Virus record (IMG/VR): IMGVR_UViG_3300046673_000058 | Location: 8,782-72,781 of that record | Strand: one strand, 5' to 3' | Origin: a virus | Length of the DNA: 64,000 nucleotides | In this document: positions 61,414 through 64,000 of the stretch, piece by piece | How the letters are laid out: each line of letters starts with the position of its first letter | Numbering within the stretch: position 1 is the stretch's first letter | Notes under the pieces: generated by a model | The model's database searches: none | The model's input: only the letters and a program-made list of their open reading frames with translations | What the model was told of the DNA's origin: nothing | Program-made: the position numbers and the translations under genes

Positions 61414-61794
61414 TTACTCGCCTCCGGGCGACCGTGAGAGAAGGGCATTTACCACGTCATCAAATGTAACGGCCCGCTCTTCTTCTTTTGCCATCTTATC
61501 GCGCTTTGCACGCAGCAGCCAGTATGTGTCGTCTTCTAGTTTGACAATTCTTGTGTCTGTAGGCCTCTTTTCTATATCTTTCTCAGCGTGTGTTTGTACA
61601 TGGTGCTTCACGCATAAAGAGACAAGGTTCTCCGGTTCATCGCTCGTGTAATTTTTATGGTGCACTACATTTTTTCCGGGTCCTTTAGCTAACTTTTGCC
61701 CACACCCAGGATATTGACATGTATAATTGTCGCGTTCAAGAGCAATTAATCGCGCTTCAAGAAACCTATTTGACATACTTATCCTCACAGTCAA
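61414..61794 (-). CDS. HNH domain fused to RHH-like C-terminus
   Basis: ERDNYTCQ..GC...VHH...NLVSLC..HH...H, then IVKL..DTY..L...TFDDVV..LL. Confidence 0.75.
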   Translation of the reverse strand: MTVRISMSNRFLEARLIALERDNYTCQYPGCGQKLAKGPGKNVVHHKNYTSDEPENLVSLCVKHHVQTHAEKDIEKRPTDTRIVKLEDDTYWLLRAKRDKMAKEEERAVTFDDVVNALLSRSPGGE

Positions 61795-61891
61795 GTAGTC
61801 GCAAGATTACTGTGTCGTATGTCTCACCCTTCACTCCGCGCCTTTTTAACGCGTCGCGGGTTGTTTCTTCTATACTAATTGTTGTCTTCAT
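61766..61891 (-). CDS. Archaeal-type RHH regulator (41 aa)
   Basis: MKTTISIEETTRDALKRRGVKGETYDTVILRLL. Confidence 0.75.
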   Translation of the reverse strand: MKTTISIEETTRDALKRRGVKGETYDTVILRLLDCEDKYVK

Positions 61892-62401
61892 CTTCTACCG
61901 TCCATTTGTCACAGGTGTGTTCGTTTTCAAAGTACGCTTTATTCCAGTTGCACCAGACGTGTGGACTGTAATTCTTTTTTCCTAAGCCGCGCACATTGGT
62001 GCAGGTGTCGCATTGTTTCTTGGTCGTCATTATCATTACCTCTACTTACCTATACGCATTTATTATATATATAATTACGCATAACTCTAAGGAGGCAAAC
62101 ATGAGGCAAATACCCCAGAGTAACGAGGTTAAAACAGTAAGAAAAAAAGTAGTTAGTTATCCGGAAGCAGCTCCCAACTCCACGAGTCGTTCTGTATAAC
62201 GACGGACCGGAGCTTCTTCTCTTTCGGCTCTTCATCCTTTACAATAACAAACTCCATTCTTACTACTCACCCCCATACAATATGTGGGGCTGCAAGATAA
62301 TAAAAAAGCGCTAAGGAGAATATATAGAAAAAAAGAGGCCACGTCATGAGACATGGCTAACAACCAGAGATACTCTCGCGCTCCTTTTAGTCGCGCTCGC
62401 T

Positions 62402-62668
62402 TTAACTCATCCTAGTACGGAGTTCTATCATAGCTGCATTCGTGTTAGCAGCAAGAGCCGCAGTGTATCCAAGAATTAGCGCAATAAAGAATGCCGGAAC
62501 TACTACCGCACCACCTGTCGCCAAGGCACCCATAACAGCGAGAATGGACATTACCGCTACGACGGCTTTGTGCACGTTAGCGTTTGCACTCGTGACAAAC
62601 ATAGGGAGTACTACCCCTATCACCACTCCTATGAGTACACTAACTAATGTGATTGTTGCATTATCCAT
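62402..62668 (-). CDS. Holin-like membrane protein
   Basis: 88 aa with three hydrophobic helices; GGAGGTGA RBS. Confidence 0.55.
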   Translation of the reverse strand: MDNATITLVSVLIGVVIGVVLPMFVTSANANVHKAVVAVMSILAVMGALATGGAVVVPAFFIALILGYTAALAANTNAAMIELRTRMS

Positions 62669-62803
62669 CTTGTATCACCTCCTTTTAGGTTATACATTTG
62701 ATTTGAAAGTATTTATCTGATTCCTAACCAGAACAATATTAGAACAATCGCTATGATTGTCGTTATAACTTCAAGATAACTTATCTGCATTTCTTATCAC
62801 CTC

Positions 62804-63046
62804 CTACTTTAACAGCAGCGCGTACACAAATCCACCTAACAATCCACCAATCAAAAGCATCGCAACAGCCCACATCGCGTCGTTGAACTTTGAACTACTC
62901 TCGCCGATTTTTTTAAGCAGGTTGTCTTCAATCTTAACGTCGTTCTCGTCTTGTTCATCTAACCGTTTAAGGATAAACTCACCCTGCTCGCGCAGTTCGC
63001 CTATCGCGCATTCATGTCGTATAACCATGTCGTGGTTTTCATTCAT
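62804..63046 (-). CDS. Small coiled-coil protein with C-terminal TM helix (holin-like)
   Basis: Start 63046 overlaps the upstream stop; ends AMWAVAMLLIGGLLGGFVYALLLK. Confidence 0.5.
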   Translation of the reverse strand: MNENHDMVIRHECAIGELREQGEFILKRLDEQDENDVKIEDNLLKKIGESSSKFNDAMWAVAMLLIGGLLGGFVYALLLK

Positions 63047-63660
63047 TAGGGCAACCCACCAAACACATGAAACGAGTAGGAAATGAACACGAGTATAAAC
63101 AGGAACGCAAGTGACGAAAGGGCCGCAATGATTTTCCATTGTATATTACTCTGTGATTCTGACTGCTGCTTGACAAACTCCGTTTGCATTGCTGAGAGTT
63201 CTTGGTTGAGTGTGTCTTTTACTTCGAGGACAAGTTCGCGGAGCGTGGTCATACGGGAAGTTACTTCTTTATTAAACGAATCTGACACTACCCGTAGCTG
63301 GTCATAGTCCTTTTTAATACATGCTACGTCATCAAGTAGCCCAATTATCTGCTCCTCACGTTTCGCCTGGCCGACCTGCAACTCACCCCTCGCGCCGTTT
63401 ATACTGATTACCTTATCCTCTAACCGCCCGAGTCGGTCATCTGATGCGCGCCGCGCGCCCCTATCCCATTGAAAACTACCATCAATGTTCCGTCTATCCG
63501 GCACGCGTGAATTAGCTTCCAGAGCTTGGATAGCCGCCGCACTCGCAGAATCAATCATCGCTTGCGCTTGCTCGGCAGCCTTCGCAATCCTTTCCTGTGC
63601 GTCAAGCGCAGATTGGTCTAGCTTTTTAATTGCAGCAGTTTCTTTCGCGGACTTAGCCAT
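63046..63660 (-). CDS. Coiled-coil protein with C-terminal TM helix
   Basis: Heptad-rich; C-terminal hydrophobic anchor. Confidence 0.6.
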   Translation of the reverse strand: MAKSAKETAAIKKLDQSALDAQERIAKAAEQAQAMIDSASAAAIQALEANSRVPDRRNIDGSFQWDRGARRASDDRLGRLEDKVISINGARGELQVGQAKREEQIIGLLDDVACIKKDYDQLRVVSDSFNKEVTSRMTTLRELVLEVKDTLNQELSAMQTEFVKQQSESQSNIQWKIIAALSSLAFLFILVFISYSFHVFGGLP

Positions 63661-63664
63661 ACTG

Positions 63665-63997
63665 CTATAAGCCTTTCAAGTCTTCGCGCTTTGCTTCACC
63701 CACGCGGCGGTCTTCCTCGGCAGCATCTTCAATCATCTGTCGTGCGGCTTCCTGCTCTTGCTGAATCAAGTCTCTTGCTTTGGTAACCGCAACGGCCAAC
63801 AGGTCCCGTGCACGCATAGCGGCTTCAGTAATAAGTAATCTAGCCGATTCTGCGGCGACTTCGAGCAGTTCATTAGCTGCCTTCTCTGCAGCCACTAGCC
63901 GAACCTTTGCCGCTTCTTCAGCCACAACGCGACGCGTTTGCGCACGTTGTTCAATCTTTGCTTCTATCTTTCCGATAATCTCTTCTTTTTTGTCCAT
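63665..63997 (-). CDS. Ala/Glu-rich coiled-coil protein
   Basis: Repeating EAA..A..LL pattern. Confidence 0.55.
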   Translation of the reverse strand: MDKKEEIIGKIEAKIEQRAQTRRVVAEEAAKVRLVAAEKAANELLEVAAESARLLITEAAMRARDLLAVAVTKARDLIQQEQEAARQMIEDAAEEDRRVGEAKREDLKGL

Positions 63998-64000
63998 TTT

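Noticed and set aside
61873-61894. Possible self-target of the TnpB guide (16/20 match)
   Set aside because: Mismatches fall in the seed region, there is no TGAT-like TAM, and the similarity is explained by shared M-x-T-T-I gene starts.
63665-63997. ATP synthase subunit b/H homolog
   Set aside because: Only low-complexity coiled-coil resemblance; no diagnostic motif or operon context.
1-64000. Alternative genetic code
   Set aside because: Core genes are full length under the standard code, and TAA, TAG and TGA all serve as stops.

Overview
Near-complete genome of a tailed dsDNA virus (siphovirus-type Caudoviricetes), coded almost entirely on the minus strand. The host is most likely an archaeon, probably a methanogen of the Methanomicrobia/Halobacteriota type; this is inferred from GGTGA Shine-Dalgarno sites, TATA-box promoters, several archaeal-type RHH proteins and an archaeal Hjc-like resolvase. 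1-31.7 kb is the virion module: terminases, an intein-containing portal, a head gene with a UDG-like domain, HNH, XkdF protease, scaffold, capsid, adhesin/fibre genes, tail tube, chaperones, tape measure, Dit, and a >1200-aa LamG/lectin protein that runs off the left edge and is missing from the ORF track. 31.8-64 kb is accessory: a papain-like protease, a glycosyltransferase, a solo TnpB, three DNA methyltransferases, a PAPS-reductase-like protein, an exonuclease, several HNH genes, dozens of microproteins and holin-like membrane proteins. The top candidates for new biology are (1) a displaced MuF head protein carrying an Apk2-like (p)ppApp-synthetase toxin domain, with a separately promoted IapK-like immunity gene, in an apparently archaeal virus; (2) an RHH regulator gene interrupted by a 68-nt hairpin; (3) a ~330-nt structured ncRNA with its own TATA box; (4) a tRNA mimic; (5) a recurrent CATGGCTAA motif. 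All family calls come from motif recognition by eye, not database searches.
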